From assembly GCF_964204645.1 (NCBI RefSeq), contig NC_134031.1:20343910-20407909 (forward strand): a DNA stretch of 64,000 nucleotides. The letters run 5' to 3'. Source of the stretch: Tubulanus polymorphus (taxonomy: Eukaryota > Animalia > Nemertea). Below are positions 47,297 to 59,282 of the stretch, piece by piece. The position numbers were made by a program, and so were the translations under genes. Below the pieces are notes generated by a model. That model searched no databases, was not told where the DNA came from, and saw only the letters and a list, made by a program, of their open reading frames with translations. Every line of letters begins with the position of its first letter. Positions within the stretch are counted from its first letter, which is position 1.

Positions 47297-48799
47297 CAAT
47301 CCAGTATAACCACTCCATTTTAACCCTGTGTAATCCAACAGATATGCCCGTCATTGACATCACTCAGCACACTCTGCAGTGAGATGTTGAAGTGAAGCAG
47401 TTGTCGTCCTGGTTTTCGTGTTCCGTATGAGGGCGTGTAGAAGGCAGCATTTCCTGACCGACTTTTTTTCTGACATCCTCCACACGTGACCAGCCAAGGA
47501 GAGCTGATGCTTTCGGACATTAGTTTTGTTCCATGGAACATCGAAAATCGACAGAGAAATCGGCCCTGAAAAATATAACGGGTTAATTCCTGAAAAACAG
47601 AACGGGTTAAAGGCTGCAAAATAGAGCGGATTAATAAACACAGAACAGCACAGGACAGCACAAAGACGAACAGTATCACGTAAAACATAAAGACGTCGTT
47701 CCTCATGAAGGAACCAGCTTGTAGAGCGCAGCGTAATCGCGAAGAAGAACGCCAGGAGGAGAATCCACGTCAGCATAGTGTCTGCACGGTGTGAAGAGCC
47801 TGAGGTGAATGACTGGCTTAGTGATTCTACTTACTGTTGACCGGTGGCGTATTTCAATATTGACCAATAGGCAGCCGCGCTGTTTGTCTCTTATTATTGT
47901 GAATGGGGTTTACTGAAGTTTGTGGAAGGTTCCGCGCTGATACACACGCGACGTACCTCTGTAGTACATCCAGCATACAGACCGGGCTCGGCCGGTACCA
48001 TTGAAATATTGTTCTATAGAAATATCTCTGAACATTTGAATTGTCGAAGTTACCGCATGATAAAACACAGACGCGCGACGTCACCGACCTCTGCACACAC
48101 GGCATATGGAATTGAATGGAAGACCTGGAGGGACATGCCAATATTTGCTTTTGCAAATTGCCAGTTGGAAATTTTTTTTATCCGTCCGCTAGCGTCACCG
48201 CAATGTATTAAAAATATATTGACCACACATATCACAATAACGTGATATAGGCATTATCAATAACACATTTTAAAGGAACATTTATCTTAGCCAATAAAGA
48301 ATTATGTGATGGATGTGGGGCCACCGGGCTCGGAGTCGTATTTGAAGTTTGGGGTGAACTGTTGCTTAGATCATCCAATATCCCAAAAATAGTAACTTGG
48401 TTTAGGATTTCGATATCTGCTGTTCTATTGCTAAGGTTAATGCCAATCGTAGAAAGATCTTATATGTTTGGCGGACTACTGAATCGGTTAAATCGGCCGC
48501 TAATGGGTAGATGTTAGATCCTATAACCGACTCGTCGGAGCTACCCATTTCTCGGAGGCGGAGCTACCCATTTCTCACTTCCTCCGAGAAGTAATGCACT
48601 ATTGTGGACACGGAAATAAATAAAATTAATTGAATTTGATAATTACAGAATCTACTTTTAATGGATATTTCGGATAGATATGTGGTGTGTATGTAGTCGT
48701 TGATTGATGAGGTAGGTTAGACGAATCCCTCGAGTAGTTCAAAATCATTTATAACAAGTCAGAGTATCTTGAACCAGGAAGCACTCATACGCGATCCTC

Positions 48800-48920
48800 C
48801 AAACCCTCTAATCAATTCCCCTTGGTCCAAGTGATTGGACTGTGATTCGCTCAAAAACCGAACAGTACAGGAACTTTTTCTTCCCAAAAAAGGCAAAGAC
48901 AGTCAATGACTGGAACAGAA
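48800..48920 (+). mobile_element. CR1/L2-like LINE 3' ORF relic
   Basis: IRSKTEQYRNFFFPK..TVNDWN resembles the terminal xRTxxYxxSFFPRTIxxWN motif. Confidence 0.55.
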
Positions 48921-49672
48921 TGATGTATGCATATCGACCATATCTGTCCCAGCGTGAACCCGCGTTGGAGCGTCGACTAAAGAAGAGATTTAAGAAGAAG
49001 AAGATGACCCTTATTAATTGCCCGCATTGGGAGTCTTCATAATCATAGCCCTTCGCTTCGGGCCCAACCAACTTTTCCCCGGGCAATGAATTTTGTGTTT
49101 TGCCTCCCCTGCACACGGCTTAACAAAACACATTGAAAACGTTTTTTCACGAGCAAAGAATTTTTTGGTGCCGTGTGCGGCCGGCTTTAGGATCAGAGAT
49201 ACAGGTTTACAGTCCATTTTAAAGCTAAGGATAGGGTTAGGATCTATCTGCTCTCTTTTCTCTAACTCTGTTCTTCACACTTTCCTTGAATTTTCTAATT
49301 CGCGCACCTTAGTGCACATGTGCAATATAGATAAGTCAATCAGAAAGCGCCATTATTGGCAAAATAGCGTTAACAGGAATAATATTACCTGGCAAAATAT
49401 TACCTGCCACTCTGAATGTATTTGAGAGTTTCCAGTTTTGTGTTACAACAGTTTTGAGTTACAGTTTTGTGATATTTTGTGACCCTGGAAACTGGATAAA
49501 TTCACCTTAAATAGATAACAGGTTTATACTTGAAAAGAAAACGGAATGAATATACAATAGGTCTGTATTCTTTTTTCAGTTTGATAGATTTGCGAACAGT
49601 CGGTTATTGGAGGCATAATTGAAAAAATCAAAAAATCAATAATACATGGAGCAACAACGGACCTCTTGAACA

Positions 49673-52600
49673 ATGAGCGAAAAGAACACTATTACAAAAA
49701 ATCTTTCATCAGAGAAATCTCAAACAGGCGTCGGCCAATGGAGAAACGATGAAGACATCGGGGGTTTTAGGAGTAAACCCCTGAGCGTTCCCGTGGTGAT
49801 AGCCCCTCGTGATGGCGACGCCATCGACCAAAGCAAATCGGCACCGGACAAAATCTGCGCGCATGCCGATGCGAAGAGTCGTCTCGCGTACGCTCCAGAA
49901 ATTGAAAACAACGCGAAAAATCCTAAAACTAGAGAAAGGTTTGTATTACTTTAGATACTGATTGAAATTGTTAGGATTGTCTCGGGGCTCTTCCCCATAT
50001 CATTTTGAAATATTATACCCAATGCTTGCTGGTATATTTTAAGCACCTTAATGTTAAAAATCAAAGATGATAATGACGAATTGTATATAAATCATAACGT
50101 TTTTCACTGAAAAATTTGATATATTTTCAAGCGATTTTCGTCGCTGATTCTAGTCGATCTGAGTTTAGGTGCATTTTAACAACTAGTTACAGTAGCGGAT
50201 TAAAAATCAACATGGCTGCCTCATGTACGACGATCGAAGAATTTATTCTCTTTTACCAGAATGGCGTATATTGGAATAATGCATAATTTGATATTTCCTC
50301 ATTGATAATTTTGAAACAATTCGATGGAAACAAATTCTTGTCAGATTTTTCCCTTAATTCATTCAGAGTAATTTTCATTTTTGATAATCCACACCCTAAT
50401 TCTGTAAAATATATACAAATATGAATTGAATAGATTGGCATATTGTTGTTGTATTTTTTGGGGAGAAAATGGTGTGTGTAACCTGTATTCTGAGTGACAC
50501 CATCAGTGTATCGGTGTGTTATAAGAAGCGTTGGCAGGTCGATCTGAGACAGCTTTTAGTCCCCAGAAAGTTCTGTCCCCAGTGAAACGATTTTCCCTCA
50601 CTCACCGAAGTGAAATAACAACTAGTGCACTCGATCAAATGAGATACTCGAGTTGAGAAAGAGAATTGAGACAAAATGCTACGGCGATTTATTATTAGTT
50701 AGAAACTGATTTTATGTTATGTTTGATTTCGTGGGCGATGATATATTTTTGGTTTTTATTTACAAAGTAAATTGCGTAATGCGTTTCTGAAATTTTTTCC
50801 CGACATCAGATATATGTAGAGATTTGCTGAATAATTCAGCACTAAGAGTTCACGAACGACGCTGAAAATGTATCTTAATTGGTTATTGTTCCAGACAAAA
50901 GGGGCAAGAATAGTAGTGGGAAATGTTGTGACCATGAAGAACATGCACAGTAAAAACACCATCTTGGTTACTTGTTTTGAGTATTTCGATGCATGATTTT
51001 TGTTTTCCCGACTTCTGAATAAAGTTACAGATGTTACCGATGAAAGTGTGAATAGAAAACAAAATGGAACTAAAGAAATGAGCATCATTCGAAACATTGG
51101 GCTCCGTTGGCTGCTCGTACAACCAACGTCGACGGTGAAATCAACAGTCACAAACTGATAACTGTAAATCAGGGCCACTAGACACACAACAGATAAACAC
51201 AATCTAGAAGCCGTATTCACTGTCCAGAAACGAGGACCCCTAAACGGAAAACAAACCACGCACATTCGCTCGGTAGCTATTAGAACCAACGTCCACGGGC
51301 TGATTGTAAAAGAACACAATGAGAAATACTCGTAGAACATACATTGAAATCGTGTCGATGGTTTGATCAGTACAGACTGATATAACACATCAGACAATAC
51401 ATTCATAAATATGCAGAAATATATGCAGAGAACGATAGAATCACTGATCGCTAGTTGAATGAACATCCGGCTAAATGAATGTCGCCATAGTTTACGTTGT
51501 AACATAATGATTACAATCAGTAAATTACCGATGAATCCGAAAATAAAAATGAGACTAGTGAACGGAAGATAAAACCACAAATAATATGTTCCACGCAACT
51601 CTGTTGAGCTTACTACGAGTTGATCGTATAAGTTTGTAGTAACATACAAAGACGACGAATTTTGAAGAAAAGTCATCGCGCAGCAGCCGTGAGGAGATTT
51701 TCTTCAGCGTCTGAATTCACAATGAAAAACAAATGAGATGTTCGTGTATATTTTTCAGAACATATAAGCAAATCAAAGAGCTGTAAAGTTTAACTGATAA
51801 TGCCTTTTGGCGATATGTATATACATGTAAAATTAAGAATTTAGGGTTTAGGAAAAGTTCACCTCGCTCATATCTTCCGAGATTTAATTTAGTAAAGTCG
51901 GTTTAAAATGCTATTTTTCCCGTTGTCAATTTGCGTTGAATCTTTGATGTGCAGGTTCAGCTCGCTTTGTCAATTTGTACAAATTATCCCTTAATGCACC
52001 CGCATATAATAAATTTGAAAATATGAACACACAAAGGTTTATACATGTAGTAAAAAGAAATGTGATTTTTAAGTTGTGTTTTAGCTATTGGCTGAACTAT
52101 CTGACAGTTCAAGTTTCACTCATTCCAAACCCTGAAAAACATAATCAGTATTTCTGTAGGAAACTCAAATTTTGTCAGCTTAATAGCGAAAGAATCCAGG
52201 TCATTGTCTCTCACCCACTTTCCCTTCGAACACTTGCCCTCCTGGCAAATTCATCTGAATTATGTAATGAAAAGATAAGAGATAAGCATGCTTTATAAGC
52301 CGCAATCACATGGAGAAGATTTGAACCGAATCAGGCCCCCACCCCCCCAATTTAGCCCATGCCTAATTAGAGAGCGCATTCACATTCGATACAATGCTGT
52401 GACAAGAGAGGCAAGTCACTTCCAGAACCAATTGCAATTCACAAATTTGGCTTGGGCCTGGTGCAACATTTTTCGTTGGGCCAACTTGGCCCAGGCAAAA
52501 CAGGCATTGGCCCATTCCGGGCCTAGTTTGGCCCAGGCCAAACTCGTGTGATTTGTAGCTATAAAAAGTTTTTGAACAGAAGTAACATGTTGGAATTATG

Positions 52601-55600
52601 TTATTTCAATAGGTCATCAATATTTTTCTTATAAATCCCATTCTTTTTTTGCAGACGGAGGTCGATGTATGGAGCCAGTCCCGATTATCATTTCGGACCG
52701 AAAGCGAGCATAATGAAACAAAGTCTATCGTTGCTGTAAGTTTACGATACTACGCACAAATACCTTACCAGCGGTGTATCGAAAAATTAATCAACAACAG
52801 CCTAAACCATGCTGTTATTAATTAAATGAAAGCAGTCTGAATAATCAGACAATCTTATTGAACAACTGATTTATTACATGTGAAATAACCTTTGAACAAG
52901 TGGCCCCATTGTTTCTAGTTTCACTTGTTTCGTATGAAGGAAAGGTGCTGCTGATCCTTGATGATAGAAATTTCCATTTTACAATATAAACATCGAAACT
53001 CGTTGCGGATGACTCTTTGCTAGAGATATTTATTGCCCTAATGGTTAAGATGCTTCCCGTACGTCATAATTGTAGGACTATTCAGGACCCCGGAAGTCAA
53101 CGTTTGATTTGGTCGACTCCTCCTGAAAATGTTCTCGTTATAAAGAAAATCATGGACCCATCGATTATTTCTCCATTCAAAAGGATCATAGCCTGGTTCA
53201 TTGAAGTAAGTCACAATAATTTTCCGCCAGAATTTCTCTTGTATTCTGAATATTCTTTATTACGCGTAGATGCTTCTTATTGTAGGAGAAAAATATATCG
53301 GTTTTCATCGAAGCATCCGTACTCGATGAACCTTTGATAAAAGAAGATCGTCAGTTTCAGAATGTTATCAAACACGTTCACACCTACAGAGAAGGTGAGT
53401 TGTTTAGATATTAATTTAGATAATTTTCAATTAAATGAAATTCAACTACCGTATATAGGATAAAATCTAATTCACAACTTGAGCTCAAAAACTCTAGATT
53501 TTCTTTCAGGCGAAGATTGCTTGAACGAGAAAATAGATTTGATTATTTCACTAGGAGGTGATGGAACCTTACTTTATGCCTCGGGACTTTTTCAGGTTTG
53601 CTAGCGACAATTTTTCTCATATTGCGAGGTTAACAAATCTATTTTACCAGTAGAGTTTGAAGTATTGTTGTGTTCGGAGGTTTTCCATTCCATTAGATAA
53701 CACTTCTATATTCTCAAGCTGTTGAGAGCTTTATCAATGATGCAACCCGTGATAATGGTGTAGCCCAAAAATCTTTAATAAGTCACGTGACATGATAATC
53801 AATAATATTGATTTATACAAAATATTATGTCATAGTAACCTGTTCTTATTTGATTTGATTGCAGCAAAGAGTACCTCCTATTATAGCATTCCATTTGGGA
53901 TCTCTAGGATTCCTTACGCCATTCCAGTTTGATAGCTTTGAGGAGTACCTCATTAAAGTATTGGAAGGTAAGAAAAAGAAGAGAGGTGCTGCAACTGAGC
54001 AGATGTTTTTCATCAATTCAGTGGAACAATCACAACTTAAACCTTTCAGACCTAAGCTGTGTCATGAAACTGGGCCTGAGGGGTGCTCAGTGGTTTGATT
54101 GATTAAAGTGATGGAAAGCCTTAGACCTGGTATTGGTCAGTTGCTATCAAGTTGCTATCATCAAGAGATATAGAATTGAACTTGTAGTTATTATACTAGG
54201 GAATATGCTTTGAGGCTTGTATATGATTAGTCTGAAGTGGATGAATGCCCCAGGATGGCCACGCCAAAGTACTCACAGTCCCATTAAAATTCAAATGATT
54301 TGATAAGTTTCAAAACAATTGGAAATGAAACAACTTAACCAACAAGGAACTGGTGTTTACTGGTTTTAAACTCTGTTTATGTGTTTTTATAGGAAATGTC
54401 CCTGTGATGCTACGCAGTAGGCTAAAGTGTGTTTTACACAAACATCCAGGGGATAATTTAGAAAATCTTCAACGAGAATATCCTGCAACGCTGCAGCACA
54501 AAACCAAGGGGTCAAATTTCAATGTCTTAGTAAGTTATATTCTTTTAATATAACTCAAAATAAGTCTTGTTGAATATCATAATATGAAATTCTTTTTTAA
54601 TGCAAACTTTTTTCACGCATACAAATAGACATGTTTACACGTAAGCAAACTCATTATTTTGTTGTTGAGACCTAGAACTTTCAAATATAAATACCGTTTT
54701 ACTATTAGATTTTTCTATTTATTAGTTCTAAAAATGTTTAGATTTTTGTTGTTAACAAATCCATCATCCTATGCATATAATTATTGAATTCCAGATGTAT
54801 CAGTTTATTCTTGTAATTTGAGTTAACTATTTGCGCTGGGGTTTGTAGGGAATCTGACAATTCTGAAAAGTGAAAAGGTCTTGCAATTATGACCATTCAG
54901 GACTACATTGTAGTATCAGTGGCCAGTTTGACTGTTTTTGCTGTAATGGGCTATATGGTCAAGATGTTCAAGTGGCCTTCAGAAAAATCAGAGCTACAAA
55001 CTCCATAAGCATTTTCAACCTGTCCAACAAATCAGCAAAGCCTAAAGCCCTCATAGTGCTAAATATTTGATACTTATCAATCGCCACTTTCAAACAACCT
55101 GGCTCTGCCCCTGTGTATTGTTCTTGAATTCTCAGTAATTCATTGTGTGTTGTGAATTACTTTTATTGTGCCTTATGTGTTTGCTCTGCTCTGCTCGGAC
55201 CTGGTACCAGTTTCTGTCCACACATTTCAAAATTTAGAACGGACCTGGTTCGGTCTTTTAGGTCGGTCCGAGTTAAAACAGTCTAAAATGGCACAGACCA
55301 ATTTGGAACAGACTTCTTCTCAAGTGCGAACGCTTGGTCCGTTCTAAATTGGAACGGATCAAATTTAGAGAGTTTAGAATGTAGTGTGAATGCAGATATT
55401 GTTTCATTTATTAACCTATACCTATTATCTAACTACATCATGTTCTATTGTCTATAATCTCTGTACCAGTTATTAATGCGGAATAAATCAAATATGTACA
55501 TAATCATTTCAGGTGTTGAATGAAATAGTGATTGACAGAGGGCCGTCATCTTATATATCGAATTTAGATTTGTACATCGAAAAACGCCTCGTAACATCCG

Positions 55601-56705
55601 TTCAGGGAGATGGTTAGTATGAATAGTATTATCATAAATACCATCATCAAAGTCCTTTCAAATGCCACCCTTTATGATATCAGTGCTCACTCTAGATTTT
55701 TCTCAGAAAAAATAAGCTATGCCCACGTCTAACAAAAATGGAATGATAATATCATTCCTTATATTCCGATCGTTTTAATGTCATGTTTTTCTCAGTCCTA
55801 AGCTTTCGCTGTACTTTGTATTTGCTCTTCACTCGCCACATATTTTGTAGGTTTGATAATTTCTACGCCTACAGGAAGTACGGCTTACGCGTGCGCTGCC
55901 GGAGCATCTATCATACATCCTAATGTACCGGCTATTATGATCGTTCCAATTTGTCCACATTCCTTGTCATTCCGACCGATAGTCGTCCCTGCCGGTGTTG
56001 AGATTACGGTGAGCTTTTTGTGAATTTCTTGGTTAGAAGATGTATGTACTGGTACATTGCATTTAGTTGTAATCAAGTTGTCATGTTTCAATTTCTTGAG
56101 ATAAAGGCAAAGGATTGTTGAGGATTGTTGATGACATCTAATGTTACATATACATGTGTTTGTTGAACTGTCCTAGGACTGTACTTTCAATACAACTTCG
56201 ATGCTGATTTATCATGAAATTTCATAACTAATAATTTATCAGTAGATGAAATATAGATGGATAATCGATGCATGTTTGTCAATTTCCATTACGAATAGCG
56301 GGTATATTTCAATTCTCAGGTGATGCTGTCTCCACAAGCAAGAAATACAGCTTGGGTATCGTTTGATGGTAAAAGCAGAAAAGAGTTGGATCATGGTGAT
56401 AGGTGAGATAGGTTGTCCGAAGCGGTTTTCATTCATTTCCTAATCTCATCGGCTTTGACGTTTTGTAATTGTTGATTTTACGTCGATCATTTTTCAGCGT
56501 GCGCATTTCGACGTCGATGTACCCGGTGCCGTCGATTTGCAGCAAAAACCAAATCGACGACTGGTTCGAAAGTCTCGGCGAATGCCTTCACTGGAACGTG
56601 AGGAAACATCAACGAAGCCTGCTGCCGTACAATAGCAGCGATGTGTCACTAGTCAACTCTGACGAAGCGTCTTCCACCAGCGATTCCAACGGACAACTGC
56701 CTTAA
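49673..56705 (+). CDS. NADK: NAD kinase (cytosolic type), 11 coding exons, ~486 aa
   Basis: Phase-consistent exons: 49673-49938, 52655-52735, 53076-53205, 53286-53394, 53510-53595, 53865-53967, 54393-54529, 55513-55612, 55851-56008, 56320-56402, 56498-56705. Motifs: [92 protein letters not shown]. Exon 1 is assigned by phase fit and an open frame only, so it is less certain. Confidence 0.95.
50756..51676 (-). CDS. Intronless class A (rhodopsin-like) GPCR, peptide-receptor-like orphan
   Basis: 306 aa ORF with seven hydrophobic segments: TM1 GFIGNLL, TM2 LAISD, TM3 C...ERMCVVCFP (DRY variant), TM5 LVPF, TM6 FMVTTFP, TM7 NYSANLYIY, helix 8 FRNALRNLL. Confidence 0.9.
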   Translation of the reverse strand: MTFLQNSSSLYVTTNLYDQLVVSSTELRGTYYLWFYLPFTSLIFIFGFIGNLLIVIIMLQRKLWRHSFSRMFIQLAISDSIVLCIYFCIFMNVLSDVLYQSVLIKPSTRFQCMFYEYFSLCSFTISPWTLVLIATERMCVVCFPFRGPRFWTVNTASRLCLSVVCLVALIYSYQFVTVDFTVDVGCTSSQRSPMFRMMLISLVPFCFLFTLSSVTSVTLFRSRENKNHASKYSKQVTKMVFLLCMFFMVTTFPTTILAPFVWNNNQLRYIFSVVRELLVLNYSANLYIYLMSGKNFRNALRNLLCK

Positions 56706-58069
56706 AACAACTACACTGATACAACTCAGGGGCTGGTTCCATAGTCGAGAATTTAGTTGTATTCAGAGCTGCCAACTGTTACTGATTTTCAGTATGTGTT
56801 ACTTATTTATGATGAGAAATACTGGAAATTAAGTTTTTGTAGTTAGTTGATTAGTGGTCTGGCTAAAAATTAAACTCAAACAGTTGACTGACTCTGATTA
56901 CTGAAGTTCGCCCAGTGATCACTGTTTAAACAAACTTAGATTACACACCAGACTATGACTACTATTTGAGAGTAGTTTCTGCTTTGCTTAAGAGAAAAAC
57001 TGCTTCGTAAAACACAGAAAGGGAAAGCAGAATATTTTCGGATTAATTTCCGATTGAACTCTGATTTTTTTAATGTCGAATTACTCTTATTTTTTGTTGA
57101 AACTACCGGTACTATGATTACTATAACCATTTTTCTGACATCTCGACTGTGGGACTGGATGCCGTCATAATATGAAGAAGACATTTCAATGGTTGGACTC
57201 TTAAATGAACGCTCATTTTTATGAAGACGTTCTGTACGTATGGTCTGTATTTTTTCATGGATCTGGGAACAAGAAAACATGTATTTCACTTAAAAGGGAA
57301 TATAGTACCATTCTTTTAACCGCTTTATTGATAGACCTTAGCAAAAAATATTGGTTACGGGTACATATGAAACTACATCAAATTAGTTAGTAGATATAAA
57401 TGGGAAAATCTGCAAAAAGGACTTTCCGATGTGGCAGCGCTTACAAAACCTAGATATAATTTCATTGGTTACTGATGAGGAGGTCTAGCAGGTGCAATAA
57501 GCGATTTACACAGCAGTTTCAATATCCCCATTATTATATCTTGCACGGCCTCTATGACCAACAGAAAGTCTCGAGCTTGAATATAACCGGTATCTTTGCT
57601 GCATTCAATATTCAACATTCTGTTAAATATTCCAGCACTAATTATTTACTTTCATAAATGAAAAATCTGAGCGATCTGCACATTTGTGATGAAAGTAAGC
57701 ATGAAAACTCACTGGATTCAGTACTTTCTTAAAAATTGTATATATATAATGGTATATGTATCGCAACGTATGTTCCAGACATGGTCAGAATGAATAAGTA
57801 CTAAATTAGACTCCAGCCAACACAATAAACCACTCCAGTTACTGTATACAGAGAAGTGTTGCACTTCCCTGGTTGAATAGTCTCATTACACTTCCCTGAT
57901 TCTACTAGATATTATTTGGAAATTGCCTGATTCTCGGTATCCGTACCTGTCAACTTGGTATATATAACATTTACAGTCCCTCCACCGCTGGTTTGAGTCG
58001 AGTCTACTAGCGATACTGGTTTGGTAAAATATTCCATATTAGTACAATAACCATGCTAAAACATGGAGA

Positions 58070-58300
58070 ATAGATGATATCGTAAAAGGCCACTGTAATG
58101 TACAAATTTAAACATTTCAAAAACAAGAATTTATTTAATCAATAATTTAAACTGACAAAATGTTTCAAACTCTCACTAGAGATCATCGTCACACCTGATG
58201 ATGGTCTCCAGAAAGTTTAAAGTGTCATGTCATTCTAAATTCATGATTGAATGAATTCTTAGTCTTAAAGATTTGTACATAGTGGGTTTTCATTATATCA
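58070..58300. mobile_element. Inverted pair of Penelope-like terminal relics with decayed hammerhead motifs (in putative NADK 3' UTR)
   Basis: Imperfect palindrome centred near 58190: minus TGACGATGATCTC...GAAAC and plus CTGATGATGGTCTCC. The flanks match 28361-28450. Confidence 0.5.
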
Positions 58301-59101
58301 TTCTATACTAGGGCCTGGTTGCATGAATATGCAAATTCTTGTTAATTTCAGATTTTCACTATATGCACATAACCGTTGAAGCTTAATTCATTTATGAAAC
58401 TGCGGCCTATATTGATTTCAAACGGGGCATTGATGAGCATGTGATTTATTTACGATTCATTCCTGTATATGAATTTTCAACATGTGCTAAAAATGGTATA
58501 ATACTTGTTACGTTTCTTTTTATAATATTGGCAGAATTTCCAGATGTTAAGTTGTTAAAGTTTAAGCACTGCATTGAATATATCGTTTATATTGCTGGCC
58601 AATATTCATCATTAGATAGGAAAATGTTTTTATTTTTGAACTGTTTCTGTAAATCTACCGGTAAATCTGAAACGATAACAAAATATGATTTGTTCTAAGT
58701 CCGGTAATAATTCTCTATTTAAGAATGTTTATGATGAAAATAATTCACTTATGTCAGGTTTGTGATGTATAGAAAACTAGGGCACGGGTGGGGAGAGGAG
58801 GTTCAACATCAGTGATACAAATAATATTGAAGTCTGGTGAATGATTTGACTTAAAACACTAAATTCTGGACTCTACTGATGAATTCGGAGGTATTACATC
58901 GCTAACTTATTCATTTAGAAAACTAAGCTGATATAGGTTACCATTGAAGGGTAAAAGATCCAGGTGGTCTTGTGTTTGTAAATGCTGATTTATTCAATAA
59001 GTCAAAAACAGCGCGATGATGTTCAAAATTAATTTGAAAAGAGAGGGAGTGCTTCATGCAAAGCAATAAGGTAATAAGGTTTGAACAAAAGAATTAAGGT
59101 A

Positions 59102-59282
59102 CAGTGGAACCTCTCATTACAATGAACTTTATGGGACCAGAAGATCTGTTCGTTGTAACCCATAGTTAGGTATATCCAGTATGAAATTATAGTAATGTTC
59201 TTATTTTGGATGATATTCAAGGTTTGTAATAACTTAACCGATTATTCGTGATATCGAAGGTCGTAATAACGAAGTTCCACTG
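59102..59282. mobile_element. Tigger/pogo-like MITE
   Basis: TA-CAGTGGAAC...GTTCCACTG-TA with TA target duplication. Confidence 0.75.

Larger units (their letters stand above)
46756..47534 (-). ncRNA. Putative long hairpin RNA: ~240 bp inverted repeat (46756-46996 / 47297-47534) with a ~300 nt loop
   Basis: The arms align end to end at roughly 75-80% identity. About 32 transitions give G-U pairs in a minus-strand transcript versus about 9 in a plus-strand transcript (manual count). The inverted repeat is directly seen; RNA function is inference. Confidence 0.55.
43250..47870 (-). ncRNA. Putative spliced long non-coding transcript hosting the hairpin
   Basis: Strong minus-strand pyrimidine-tract/CAG acceptors at 47614/47590/47566, 46719, 46569, 46398 and 43898. 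Donor-like sites at 47834 (GTAAGT), 46646 and 46476 (GTTAAGT). CCAAT at ~47864. The joined exons have no sustained ORF. Confidence 0.4.

Noticed and set aside
47320-47776. 128 aa and 138 aa minus-strand ORFs with hydrophobic, signal-like N-termini
   Set aside because: They overlap in different frames, run through T-rich intron-like sequence and tandem acceptors, and end in a frameshifted RTE relic. A short secreted peptide from ATG 47776 cannot be fully excluded.
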